64,000 nucleotides of DNA from Candidatus Curtissbacteria bacterium (GTDB lineage Bacteria > Patescibacteriota > Microgenomatia > Curtissbacterales > GWA2-41-24). Positions within the stretch are counted from its first letter, which is position 1; every line of letters starts with the position of its first letter. The position numbers were made by a program, and so were the translations under genes. The notes under the pieces are model-generated. The model saw only the letters and a list, made by a program, of their open reading frames with translations. It was not told the origin of the DNA and did no database searches. Below are positions 17,055 to 26,662 of this stretch, piece after piece. Location: NCBI GenBank assembly GCA_016183325.1, contig JACPEV010000008.1, positions 472 through 64,471 of the forward strand, in the 5' to 3' direction.

Positions 17055-18164
17055 TTAATAGTTAGTATATATAAAACGGGTGAGGATTTTTGCAGCGTCT
17101 TTGGGGAAGAATTTGGCGAGCTGATGAGCGCCTTTTTGATATTTTGAAAGATTTCGAGACATGTTTTGAACGGTTTTGATGAAAATTTCATGGGTTAGCA
17201 CTTCTTGTTTTAAGATAACCGCGCTTCCGGCTTTTTCCAAAATTTTGGCATTTGCCTGCTGTTCACCACTAGCTGACGCAGGCAAAGGGATTAGGATGGC
17301 AGGTTTTGCAACAGTTGCCAGTTCCCAGACAGTATTTGCACCGGAGCGGGAAATGACCAATAACGACTTTGAAAGTATGGACCCAATATCATCTGGATCA
17401 ATATCGGTAACTGGTAAGTAATTTTGTTTTTTTATTTGCTGGGCTTGTAGATGATCTTTTTTGAAGTTGGCAGTACCCAGTTGGTGAAGAACAGAGAACT
17501 GATCTAATTTATCAATTGTTTTGAAAATTAACTGATTGATAAAATGTGAGCCTTGATTGCCACCAGTAACAAAAACGAGACTTTGAGAATTTTGAAGAAA
17601 TTTTTTAATTTTAGTGTTAGAAGAAACAGTTTTGAAGATAGATGTTCTCAATAAATTACCTATAACTTCTGTCTTTGACGGGTCGAAAAATACTTTTGTT
17701 TGAGACCAGGTAAGAAACACTTTCTTAACGAAGAGTGCATTAAATTTATTGGCGAGACCTGGAACAACGGCTTGTTCATGAGTAATGGAGTCAATTCCCA
17801 AAAGCCATCCAGTAAAAACAATCGGTGATGAAACGTAGCTTCCGAAGGAAACAATTAGACTAGGTCTGATTCTAAGAAGAAAATAAAAACTTTGGAGAAA
17901 GCCAAGGGGAATTTTTAAGAGAGATAAAATTGTATATCTTGTGAATTTTCTTTGTAATCTACCTGTTACAATTTCAATAAACTCAATATTATTTTTAGTA
18001 ATTACTTGATATTCAGCAGAATAACTTTTTGAACCTTCTGTAGAATATTTACGTCCGAAAAAGTATATTTTTACTGATTCTTTTAGACGATCTTTTGATC
18101 TTAGCTCTTCTATGAGGGCGAGGGCTGGAGTGAGATGACCTCCGCAAATAACTATTTTTTTCAT
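17055..18164 (-). CDS. murG: MurG UDP-GlcNAc:lipid I GlcNAc transferase
   Basis: N-terminal G-loop ICGGHLTPALAL, GT28 fold. 369 aa. Confidence 0.8.
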   Translation of the reverse strand: MKKIVICGGHLTPALALIEELRSKDRLKESVKIYFFGRKYSTEGSKSYSAEYQVITKNNIEFIEIVTGRLQRKFTRYTILSLLKIPLGFLQSFYFLLRIRPSLIVSFGSYVSSPIVFTGWLLGIDSITHEQAVVPGLANKFNALFVKKVFLTWSQTKVFFDPSKTEVIGNLLRTSIFKTVSSNTKIKKFLQNSQSLVFVTGGNQGSHFINQLIFKTIDKLDQFSVLHQLGTANFKKDHLQAQQIKKQNYLPVTDIDPDDIGSILSKSLLVISRSGANTVWELATVAKPAILIPLPASASGEQQANAKILEKAGSAVILKQEVLTHEIFIKTVQNMSRNLSKYQKGAHQLAKFFPKDAAKILTRFIYTNY

Positions 18165-19270
18165 GACTGTCTTTTAATATTTAGCAAAATGCCGATTGAT
18201 GTCATGGTGACAAAAAGTGAAGAACCTCCGTAAGAAATGAATGGCAAGGGAACGCCAGTCAAAGGAACCAAGGCAACTACTGACGACAAATTAAAAAGGA
18301 TTTGGACGGAAAGTAAACCAATTATACCCATGGCCAAAATTTTACCTTGGTAATCAGGTGCTAATCGGGCAATATGGATGGATCTTTTTATTAAAAACAA
18401 AAAAAGACAAATCAGGAAAACTGCTCCTACAAAGCCCAGTTCTTCGACCACCACTGCGAAAATAGCATCGCTTTGTATTTCAGGAATGAAATCAAATTTA
18501 CTTCTGGAACCACCTAATCCAACCCCTAAAAGTCCTCCAGACGAAAGAGCAATTAAAATTTGATAAATCTGGTAAGAAGCACCTTGAGGATCGTGAGTTG
18601 GGTCAAAAAAAGATTTAACTCTTTCTATTCTGTAAGGGTGAGTAAAAACGGCCATAACAGCGGCCAGTATAATGGGGGGGATTATCAGAATAAAGTGAAC
18701 AATTGGGCCTCTGCCGACGAAATAAAGAATTAATGCGACAGCAATAAAAATTAGTGATGTGCCAAGATCGGGCTCTAATAATACTAAAGCACTGATAACA
18801 GCCGCTGGTAAAAAAATAACAACCAGAGCATCTGTAAATTTAATCTTGTACTTTTCAAATTTAGAAATTATGGCTGTTTCGTATAAAACGAGAGCAAGTT
18901 TGGCAACTTCTGAAGGCTGAAAAGTGAAACCTGCTGCGCTGATCCAACGTCTGGCCCCGTAAATTTTGGTGCCAACTCCTGGAATCAAAACTATCAATAA
19001 TAAAAGTATTGATATAGCCAAGAGAAAAGGCGCTACACGAATAAGTTTACGATAATCAAAAAAGCTAAAAAATCCCAAAGAAAAGAGACCAAGACTTGCC
19101 CAGATGAGCTGATTTTTAAAGTAATAAAGCTTATCGCCAAAATCCCTAAAGGCGGCAACCACTGAGGCTTCATAAATAATCACTAAGCCAAAGATAACAA
19201 GCAAGATTGTCACAACAATTAAAGGGATATCAAAGGCGCTTTTTTGAGAAAATAGATTCACCTGTCTCAT
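18161..19270 (-). CDS. ftsW: SEDS-family lipid II flippase/polymerase FtsW
   Basis: 369 aa, 10 TM helices, SEDS motifs. Positioned between murD and murG. Confidence 0.85.
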   Translation of the reverse strand: MRQVNLFSQKSAFDIPLIVVTILLVIFGLVIIYEASVVAAFRDFGDKLYYFKNQLIWASLGLFSLGFFSFFDYRKLIRVAPFLLAISILLLLIVLIPGVGTKIYGARRWISAAGFTFQPSEVAKLALVLYETAIISKFEKYKIKFTDALVVIFLPAAVISALVLLEPDLGTSLIFIAVALILYFVGRGPIVHFILIIPPIILAAVMAVFTHPYRIERVKSFFDPTHDPQGASYQIYQILIALSSGGLLGVGLGGSRSKFDFIPEIQSDAIFAVVVEELGFVGAVFLICLFLFLIKRSIHIARLAPDYQGKILAMGIIGLLSVQILFNLSSVVALVPLTGVPLPFISYGGSSLFVTMTSIGILLNIKRQS

Positions 19271-20622
19271 CTTTTTATTTTTTTGACTTCCGCCATAAAC
19301 TGCTCTCCTCTGTCTTGGTAATTTTTAAAAAGATTAAAGCTCGATGATGCCGGAGACAGGAGACAAATCTTTCCCTTTTGTGTAACTCTTCCAGCGGTTT
19401 TTACGGCTTCTTTCATATTTTTTACAAAGAAATGTTTTGGCTGATATCCCTTCTGAATTTTTATGCCGTCTAAAATTATTTTACCTGTTTGAGGGAAAAG
19501 TATTACATTTTGAATTTTTTCATCGATTATTTTTTTTGACAGCTGGGAATAATCTACCCCTCTATCATATCCTCCAACGATTAGAGTGACTACATTGGGG
19601 CTGAGAGTTTCAAGCGCAGCAATTGTAGCTTCTGGTATCGTTGCGATTGAATCATTGTAAAAATCGATTCCTTTGAAATTGCCAATATATTGAAGACGAT
19701 GTTTTACCGGTTCAAACTTCTTAACAGAATAAGCGATGGACTGGTTTGAAACTTTTAATATCTTCGCTACAGAAACGGCAGCTAAGATATTGTTTAGGTT
19801 AAATATCCCTTTTAGCTTTGTCTCATTTATTTTTAAAATTTTTTCTCCATTATAAAATACCCATTCTCCGCTTATATAAGCACCTGTTTTCAATTTTCTA
19901 CTAATGCTAAACGGGATTTTAACAGAATTCCCTTTTTCAACAAGTTCGGTTACGAGTTCTGAATCATTATTGTAAATTACAAAATCTTCTTTTTTCTGCC
20001 ATTTGATAACATTCGTTTTTGCTTTTTGGTAATTTTCAAATCCGCCGTGATAATCCAAGTGTTCTTTATAAAGATTCAGAAAAACGGAAATGTGAGGACT
20101 TGTTTTTAAATCTTGCAATTGAAAACTTGAAAGCTCGTAGACGAAGAGGCTCGTACTACTTATTTTATCTATAAAATCAAATGGCGGATTACCTATATTT
20201 CCAACAAGTTCAACGTTTACCTTCGCATCTTTTAAGATTTTATATATTAATGAGCAAGTAGTAGTTTTTCCTTTTGTGCCTGTTACACCAATAATTTTAT
20301 CTTTGTAGTTTTCAATAAATATTTTTGTCTGGGAAGTAACTTTCACTGTTGTAGACTTTGGCAAGCGCATTCCAGGTGACCTAAAAATCACCTCATAAAG
20401 ATTTAAAGATCCCATGTATTTTTTGCCCAAGTGAGGCTTTAATTTCTTATCTCTGGTTATTATTTTCTGTAAATTTGCCTCGAGTTGTTTTGGAGTTTTT
20501 TGATCAGCAATCCCTATTATTTTATAGGGAAATTTTTTTCTAATAAATTTAAGGGTTGAGACTCCTTCTTTTCCTAAACCTAAAATCAGTACTTTTTTAT
20601 CTTTCAACTCATTGAGATTCAT
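19267..20622 (-). CDS. murD: MurD-type UDP-MurNAc-L-Ala:glutamate ligase
   Basis: Mur-ligase P-loop (GVTGTKGKTTT). 451 aa. Start overlaps the upstream gene's stop by 4 nt. Confidence 0.8.
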   Translation of the reverse strand: MNLNELKDKKVLILGLGKEGVSTLKFIRKKFPYKIIGIADQKTPKQLEANLQKIITRDKKLKPHLGKKYMGSLNLYEVIFRSPGMRLPKSTTVKVTSQTKIFIENYKDKIIGVTGTKGKTTTCSLIYKILKDAKVNVELVGNIGNPPFDFIDKISSTSLFVYELSSFQLQDLKTSPHISVFLNLYKEHLDYHGGFENYQKAKTNVIKWQKKEDFVIYNNDSELVTELVEKGNSVKIPFSISRKLKTGAYISGEWVFYNGEKILKINETKLKGIFNLNNILAAVSVAKILKVSNQSIAYSVKKFEPVKHRLQYIGNFKGIDFYNDSIATIPEATIAALETLSPNVVTLIVGGYDRGVDYSQLSKKIIDEKIQNVILFPQTGKIILDGIKIQKGYQPKHFFVKNMKEAVKTAGRVTQKGKICLLSPASSSFNLFKNYQDRGEQFMAEVKKIKR

Positions 20623-22061
20623 TTTTTGATTTTTGTTTTTAAGTTTTCAGCTATCTCTCTAGGCAAAAAGTTGTCATCATCCCAAGCAGTCAATATTTCC
20701 GGTCGATGTGAATTTTTATTCGCAGAAAAGTTCTGCTTATTTAATATATTTTCTTTTGCGTATCCAAGAAGATAAGGGAGAGATTCATTTTCTTCATTTA
20801 ACTTTTTGATACTTAATCTTATACCTTCCAATATCTCTTCATATGTTCCAACACATTCAAATGGCTTTGGCTTTTCTATTCCAGTTATGTACAAGAGCAA
20901 ATTCGATAGGTCTTTTTTTGCATAGAGATCTTCATTGAAAATTCCGCTCAATTCTTTTTTATTAACAAATGGATATAAAGAGATGTAAGTGGAAAGGCAC
21001 TTGGGGCATTTCCCACACCAACTGTCAGTTACCTGGCCCCTGTTGCAGCTTTTGAATACTTTGAAATATTTATTGTATGTTGAAAATAATTTTGAAATCT
21101 GAATTTCATAAAGGGGTCTAAGCAAACTTATGTACTCGATATCATCTGCAAGATTTTCTTTAAGATAGACTCTAAACGATTTTTCAAATTCAAAACTTTT
21201 AGAATACTGATGGTTTATCTTCTCACCCAAAAATTCAATATTCTCTTCGTTTGAGCTCCTTTCGTTTGAAGATATAACGAATTTGTAATCGAAGAGTAAA
21301 GCACAGAGAACTGAAAGGAAAGCAAGGTATGCGGAAAAAGGGGTGTGTCCATTTAGGTATCCGTTTGCGTTAAGTTCTAAAAGCTTTTTATCGATTTCTC
21401 TTGTTACCACTATCTGATCCTTAGCTTGCGATTCATTTTTCACTGCAATCGACGCAACAGTAGGATTGAGCATAAGAACAGACACTTCCTTTTTTAGCTC
21501 TTTAAGTACTTCCAGAGAAACAGTCGAGTCACGGCCGCCGCTATTCAAGACAACATATCTATCTTTATGTGTATTCTTATCTTTTTGATAATTATTTTTT
21601 GCATCATTTATGATATTTACAAAATTACCTTCATTGAAGTTTATATTGTTCCGGTAAAAGAATTCGCCTAGTCCTTCAATCAGTAAATTCTTCCACCATA
21701 CAATTTGATTTCGGTCTAAGCTACCCGTTTTTATCTCGATAGTTGGAGAACATGTTGCCTTCCAATAACTTATCATCTCGATCAGTCCCAAATTAAAGAC
21801 AAAATTTTTAACTATTGCTTCGTCTAAAGTGGAAAAAACTGCCTGATTGATATTTTCTATTGTTACTTTCGGATTAAATTTTATGCTTGGAGGAATTTCG
21901 AACAAAAAAGAAATTACAAGAGAATCACCTTCTTTTTTATAGTCAAAGCTTTCATACAAAAATGTAGGATGTTTATCTCTTAAAGAAGCAACTTTATCCA
22001 TTTGCTTTAAAAAAATGACAGCCAGAGGCCAAAAGTTGCAAATATCATTTGTGCAAGCCAA
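20619..22061 (-). CDS. PP-loop ATP-pyrophosphatase-family protein (QueC-like Zn ribbon) embedded in the division/cell-wall (dcw) operon; candidate MurL-type epimerase
   Basis: VVLNSGGRDSTVSL matches the SGGxDS PP-loop. CNRGQVTDSWCGKCPKC is a QueC-like Cys cluster. 480 aa. It overlaps murD by 4 nt and mraY by 55 nt. Confidence 0.5.
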   Translation of the reverse strand: MACTNDICNFWPLAVIFLKQMDKVASLRDKHPTFLYESFDYKKEGDSLVISFLFEIPPSIKFNPKVTIENINQAVFSTLDEAIVKNFVFNLGLIEMISYWKATCSPTIEIKTGSLDRNQIVWWKNLLIEGLGEFFYRNNINFNEGNFVNIINDAKNNYQKDKNTHKDRYVVLNSGGRDSTVSLEVLKELKKEVSVLMLNPTVASIAVKNESQAKDQIVVTREIDKKLLELNANGYLNGHTPFSAYLAFLSVLCALLFDYKFVISSNERSSNEENIEFLGEKINHQYSKSFEFEKSFRVYLKENLADDIEYISLLRPLYEIQISKLFSTYNKYFKVFKSCNRGQVTDSWCGKCPKCLSTYISLYPFVNKKELSGIFNEDLYAKKDLSNLLLYITGIEKPKPFECVGTYEEILEGIRLSIKKLNEENESLPYLLGYAKENILNKQNFSANKNSHRPEILTAWDDDNFLPREIAENLKTKIKK

Positions 22062-23038
22062 AATCTAAAAACTATTTTAGGTTCTTCCCAGCCTTTATTT
22101 TGGAGCCAAAGATGGATGGGAGCGACTTCAAACAACTTTTTGCCCCTTAGTTTTTTGGAGAGAAGTTGAAGAAGTGATGAGGTGACTTCTATGACAAAAA
22201 CTCCACCAATTACGGCCAGGGCAATAGGCTTACCTAGAAGTAAACCGGACACGGCTAAGGTCGCCCCAAGAGAAAGAGCGCCTACGTCTCCGAGCCAAAT
22301 TCTGGCGGGCCAAATATTAAAATATAAAAAAGCAATGAGTGAACCAATTAATAATCCTATGAATGACGAGAGGGTTGTATCCAGTATTGAGCGAGACATA
22401 ATTAAAAAAGCAATTAAGGAGATGACTAATAAGCCTGCCGCCAGTCCATCCAGTCCATCTGATATGTTTACAGCGTTGGCAAATGAAACAATTACAAAAG
22501 CTGCAAAAGGCACATAGAAAATTCCTAGATCAAAAACATCAAAGAACCTGATATTAACCACATCAATTCCCAGATCTTTATAGAGTATCCAAGAAATTAC
22601 AAGTGCTAAAATCCATTGAATTAAAAATTTATATCTGAATCTTAAGCCCCAAAAATGTGCTCTTTTAAATCCAAAAGTTTTCCTTAGATCATCATATAGG
22701 CCTAAAATCCCGAATGAAAGAAAGGTGAAGAGAATTAATTGGATTTCACTTTTGTATGGATATATAGAAGTTCTTTCTATACCAAAAATTGGGGATAGGC
22801 TTGTTACAAAGAGAAATAAGATTGCAACGACAAAAATAATCAGGGTACCGCCGCCGACAGGAGTTCCAATTTTGTGGGCGTGGAGTTTGTCAAAAATTGG
22901 GGTTCTGGCTTCGAAGATATCTCTGGTTTTTTGCTTTTGGCGCTGAAATTTTATCTTGTAAAGTATATTAATGAATGGGACCAAAAGAACGCTGATGACA
23001 AAAAAAGACAAGAGGACTAATCCTAACAGTTGGACCAT
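22007..23038 (-). CDS. mraY: phospho-MurNAc-pentapeptide translocase MraY
   Basis: 343 aa, 10 TM helices, DDxxD-type motifs (NAVNISDGLDGLA). Confidence 0.85.
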   Translation of the reverse strand: MVQLLGLVLLSFFVISVLLVPFINILYKIKFQRQKQKTRDIFEARTPIFDKLHAHKIGTPVGGGTLIIFVVAILFLFVTSLSPIFGIERTSIYPYKSEIQLILFTFLSFGILGLYDDLRKTFGFKRAHFWGLRFRYKFLIQWILALVISWILYKDLGIDVVNIRFFDVFDLGIFYVPFAAFVIVSFANAVNISDGLDGLAAGLLVISLIAFLIMSRSILDTTLSSFIGLLIGSLIAFLYFNIWPARIWLGDVGALSLGATLAVSGLLLGKPIALAVIGGVFVIEVTSSLLQLLSKKLRGKKLFEVAPIHLWLQNKGWEEPKIVFRFWLAQMIFATFGLWLSFF

Positions 23039-23150
23039 AAATTAAAAATTCGAAATCAGAAGCTCGAAATACGAAACTTTTTGAAATTGGAAAATTTTAA
23101 TTTTGAATTTGTTTCGATATTCGATATTCGGATTTACCCTTCATTATATC

Positions 23151-24377
23151 TTATTCCAGTGTCCCACAGTGGTAGCAATTAATCCTGGTCGATTTGCCAA
23201 GTAAACCTGAGATAATTCTCTCAAGGTGGGCATGACGAGAGCCTTTGACTAAAATTATAGTATTTGCAAGAGGAATTTTTTTTAGCTCCTTGATAACTTC
23301 ATTTGTACTCTTAGTGGCTGATGTTTTGCCTTTAAAACCATTTCTCTTGGTACTTTTGTTAATTTCTTCGGCTACGCTACCAACAGTCATCAGATAGTTG
23401 ACACTGCTTCTGGCGACTTTTTGACCTAGTAATCGATGTTCTTCTTTCGATATCTTGCCTAAATCTTTCATTTCACCAAAGACCGCGATTTTCTTCTTTT
23501 TCTTTCCAAGATCAATTAAAGTGTTGAGTGCTTCTTCTGCCGCTTTCGGTGATGAATTATAAGTATCGTCTAAAATGCAAATTTCTCCTTTTTTAATCGG
23601 GTTGAGCCGGTGCTGTGGAGGTTTAACTTGGAACAAACCTCTGGCAATTTGCTTCAGAGTCAGACCACAGATAATTCCAACTGTGGCAGCAGCATACGCT
23701 GAAAGCAATTGGTGACGACCGATTATTTTCCAGGAAACAGAAGCTTTTTGGCTATTATAGTGCATACGGAATCTGGATCCTTTCAGATTTTGTGCGAAGT
23801 GAGAAATTTTTATTCCATCTTTTGCTTTTTGGCCAAACCACCAAACACGAGCATGAGTCATTGGAGCCACTTTGACTACTTCTGGATCATCTGCATTTAA
23901 AACTGCATAGCCACTTTTAGGAAGACTTTTAACGAGTTTTGCTTTTTCACTGGCAACACCTTCAAGGCCGCCAAAGTATTTTGTGTGGGTTGGGGCTATT
24001 ATTGTGACGACAGCTATTTTAGGAGTGACTATTGATAGATAGTGATCCATATCGCCAACTTGTTCAACACCAAATTCTAGAATCATCTTTTGGTCCCAAG
24101 GTTTGGCAGAAAGTATAGTTTTAGGAATACGAAATGTTGGGTCCAAATTTTCTTCTCCGACGACTGTTTTGAATTTCTGAGAAAGAACGCTCGCAATAGC
24201 GTTTTGAGTTAAGGTCTTACCAACACTGCCAGTTATGGCGATTATTTCAAGATTTGGCAGAAGCTTCAGGTAATGTTTGGCAGCAAGAGTCCTGGAAATA
24301 TGAATCGGTTTTTTCCAGGCTTTGACTTGGCGATAAACATCCAAGTTGAACATATATTGAAAAACTATTATATACAA
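23151..24377 (-). CDS. murF: MurF UDP-MurNAc-tripeptide:D-Ala-D-Ala ligase
   Basis: ITGSVGKTLT P-loop, Mur-ligase central and C-terminal domains. Short N-terminal domain. Confidence 0.75.
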   Translation of the reverse strand: MYIIVFQYMFNLDVYRQVKAWKKPIHISRTLAAKHYLKLLPNLEIIAITGSVGKTLTQNAIASVLSQKFKTVVGEENLDPTFRIPKTILSAKPWDQKMILEFGVEQVGDMDHYLSIVTPKIAVVTIIAPTHTKYFGGLEGVASEKAKLVKSLPKSGYAVLNADDPEVVKVAPMTHARVWWFGQKAKDGIKISHFAQNLKGSRFRMHYNSQKASVSWKIIGRHQLLSAYAAATVGIICGLTLKQIARGLFQVKPPQHRLNPIKKGEICILDDTYNSSPKAAEEALNTLIDLGKKKKKIAVFGEMKDLGKISKEEHRLLGQKVARSSVNYLMTVGSVAEEINKSTKRNGFKGKTSATKSTNEVIKELKKIPLANTIILVKGSRHAHLERIISGLLGKSTRINCYHCGTLE

Positions 24378-24406
24378 TAATCTCCATTAACGCAAACTAT
24401 GGGGCA

Positions 24407-25420
24407 TTACGAACTCTTGAATGCGAAACGAATGATTTTGTCTAAGAGCTGCGGGTAGGAAATACCATCAGCTTGCGCGGCCTTGGGCAGAAGAGACATG
24501 GGGGTTAATCCTGGAATAGTATTAACTTCTAAAACACAGACGTTATTCCCTTTTATAATCATGTCTACCCTACCGAAACCTCTACATCCAAGAGATCTAT
24601 ATGCATCAAGCGCTGCTTTTTGAGCTATCTTGGTTAATTTTTGGCTGAGCCTGGCTGGGACGATTTCTTTAGTTTGATTGTCGAAGTATTTGGCATTGTA
24701 ATCAAAAAATTGGCGAGTTGGCACAATTTCAACTAAGGGCAAAGCCGTTGGATTATCGTTACCAAGGATTGATCCGGTGAGTTCTATGCCTTTTATATAT
24801 TCCTCGACCAGAGCAAAACGACTAAAGCTTAAGGCTATCTCTAGAGCTTGTTTTAACTCTTTTCTTTTATTCACTTTGGAAGATCCAATTGATGATCCCT
24901 GGTTAGACGGTTTAATAAAAAGAGGGAAAGAAAATTGTCTCAAGACTTTTTTAAGACTGTTACCTTTTTCGAAAACGAGATATCGCGGGGTTTCCAAGCC
25001 TGCCTGAGTAAACAATTTCCTTGAGTAAATTTTGTCCATTCCGAGAGCTGAGGCTAAAACCCCGGATCCAGTGTAAGGAATGTCTATCAATTCTAAAAAT
25101 CCTTGAATAGTTCCATCTTCCCCAAAGTGTCCATGCATAGCTATAAAAAACAATTGACAATTGACAATTGACAATTGACCAAAATGATAATTTACTTTAC
25201 CAAGAATAAAAGATTTTCCATCTTTTGAAATTACAATGGGTAAAACTTCGTATTTTTGGAGATCCAAATTCTTGACCACTTCCCTACCCGAAATCAGAGA
25301 GATTTCATGTTCGGGAGATTTGCCGCCCATTAAAACGGCAACTTTGATTTTGCCAGTTTTGTTATTTTGTTTCTTTGATTTTGGCTCCAATGGTTGAGAG
25401 CCTTTCGACGATGTTTTCAT
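24407..25420 (-). CDS. ddl: D-alanine--D-alanine ligase
   Basis: ATP-grasp signature, EHEISLISGREV, C-terminal NTIPG. It contains an in-frame (caattgaca)x4 insertion, see 25151-25180. Confidence 0.85.
   Translation of the reverse strand: MKTSSKGSQPLEPKSKKQNNKTGKIKVAVLMGGKSPEHEISLISGREVVKNLDLQKYEVLPIVISKDGKSFILGKVNYHFGQLSIVNCQLFFIAMHGHFGEDGTIQGFLELIDIPYTGSGVLASALGMDKIYSRKLFTQAGLETPRYLVFEKGNSLKKVLRQFSFPLFIKPSNQGSSIGSSKVNKRKELKQALEIALSFSRFALVEEYIKGIELTGSILGNDNPTALPLVEIVPTRQFFDYNAKYFDNQTKEIVPARLSQKLTKIAQKAALDAYRSLGCRGFGRVDMIIKGNNVCVLEVNTIPGLTPMSLLPKAAQADGISYPQLLDKIIRFAFKSS
25151..25180 (+). repeat. tandem nonamer (CAATTGACA)x3.3 inside the ddl coding sequence
   Basis: Read directly. In frame, it encodes …QLSIVNCQLFF… just before the conserved HG.FGEDG of Ddl. 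Confidence 0.6.
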
Positions 25421-26615
25421 ATCCCCTCTCTATTAATTCCGCTCTTTCTATGCGGCTTTCCCCTTGTGCAGCCAAAGCTGCTATAACAAGTGCAATGCCT
25501 GCCCTGATGTCTGGTGTGTCAAGTCTCTGGCTGTGAAGCTTAGTGGGGCCGTAAACTAAAACACGATGAGGATCAGCAATTTCTACTTTTGCGCCCATAG
25601 ATAGAAGTTTATCAACGAAAAACATACGTGATTCGTACATCCAATCATGAAGTATAGTGACACCTTCCGCTTGAGTTGCCAAAACAATCATTGGTGCCAT
25701 TAAGTCCGTTGGGAATCCGGGCCAAACATCAGTGACAACTTTTTCGATCGCAGTTAATTTGCCATCTCTGACTGTAAGAGTGTCTTGCTCGGTTTTGAAG
25801 TTAACACCAAATCTTGAAAGGGTTAAAAGGATCATATCTAGATCTTCTTCGATTACTGGAGAAATGTTGACTGTACCCTTAGTCACGGCAGCAAGAATCG
25901 CAAAAGTTCCGACTTCGATGTGATCAGGGCGGATAGTATGACGAGTTCCAGAAAGTTCATCAATACCCGTGATGGTAAGGATATTAGAACCAACCCCAGA
26001 TATAAGAGCTCCCATTTTAATTAAAAAATTACATAGATCGACAACATGCGGCTCTGAGGCAGCACGTTTAATAACAGTCTGCCCCTCTGCAAGACAAGCG
26101 GCCATGATGGCATTTTCGGTTGCGGTAACTGACGATTCCTGCAAAAAAATGTTTGCTCCCTTAAGTTTTCGAGCTTCCGCAACATAATAATCATCTTCCT
26201 TTTTAACAACTGCTCCGAGAGCTTCAAGCGCTTGAACATGGGTTTCAAGAGGACGTCTGCCGATTATATCTCCGCCAGGGTATCCCATTTTAACTTCACC
26301 AATCCTTGCTAACATCGGGCCAAGAAGAAGAACGGAGGCTCTTAACTTTTCTGTTAATTGGGAAGGGAATTGAGTCGCCTTGATTTTTTGGCAATCGACA
26401 GTTAAAGTCGATTTATCTTGAGTAATTTTTGCGCCGCAAGCTTCGAGCAGCTGAATCATCACGGAAACGTCGGAAATATTGGGAACGTTTTCTACTATAC
26501 AGGTGTCTTTGGTTAAAAGACAGGCAGTCATAATGGGAAGTACTGAGTTTTTATTACCAGCGATTTTGATGTCTCCTGAAAGCCTGTTTGCACCGATTAC
26601 TTCAAAGGTAGCCAT
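25362..26615 (-). CDS. murA: UDP-GlcNAc 1-carboxyvinyltransferase MurA
   Basis: 417 aa, EPSP-synthase-like fold, catalytic Cys region (…RPLE…). Confidence 0.9.
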   Translation of the reverse strand: MATFEVIGANRLSGDIKIAGNKNSVLPIMTACLLTKDTCIVENVPNISDVSVMIQLLEACGAKITQDKSTLTVDCQKIKATQFPSQLTEKLRASVLLLGPMLARIGEVKMGYPGGDIIGRRPLETHVQALEALGAVVKKEDDYYVAEARKLKGANIFLQESSVTATENAIMAACLAEGQTVIKRAASEPHVVDLCNFLIKMGALISGVGSNILTITGIDELSGTRHTIRPDHIEVGTFAILAAVTKGTVNISPVIEEDLDMILLTLSRFGVNFKTEQDTLTVRDGKLTAIEKVVTDVWPGFPTDLMAPMIVLATQAEGVTILHDWMYESRMFFVDKLLSMGAKVEIADPHRVLVYGPTKLHSQRLDTPDIRAGIALVIAALAAQGESRIERAELIERGYENIVERLSTIGAKIKETK

Positions 26616-26620
26616 TATAA

Positions 26621-26656
26621 AAAATTGAAAATTGAAAATTGAAAATTGAAAATTTC
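26621..26656 (+). repeat. tandem octamer (AAATTGAA)x4 in the murA-murB spacer
   Basis: Read directly. Related to the CAATTGACA repeats. Confidence 0.5.
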
Positions 26657-26662
26657 ATTAAT

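Noticed and set aside
25151-26656. CRISPR array from the short tandem repeats (CAATTGACA)n and (AAATTGAA)n
   Set aside because: The units are 8-9 nt with no spacers and lie in frame inside genes. No cas genes are present. The Cas2-like fold at 699-1295 is a regulator-type protein without Cas1.
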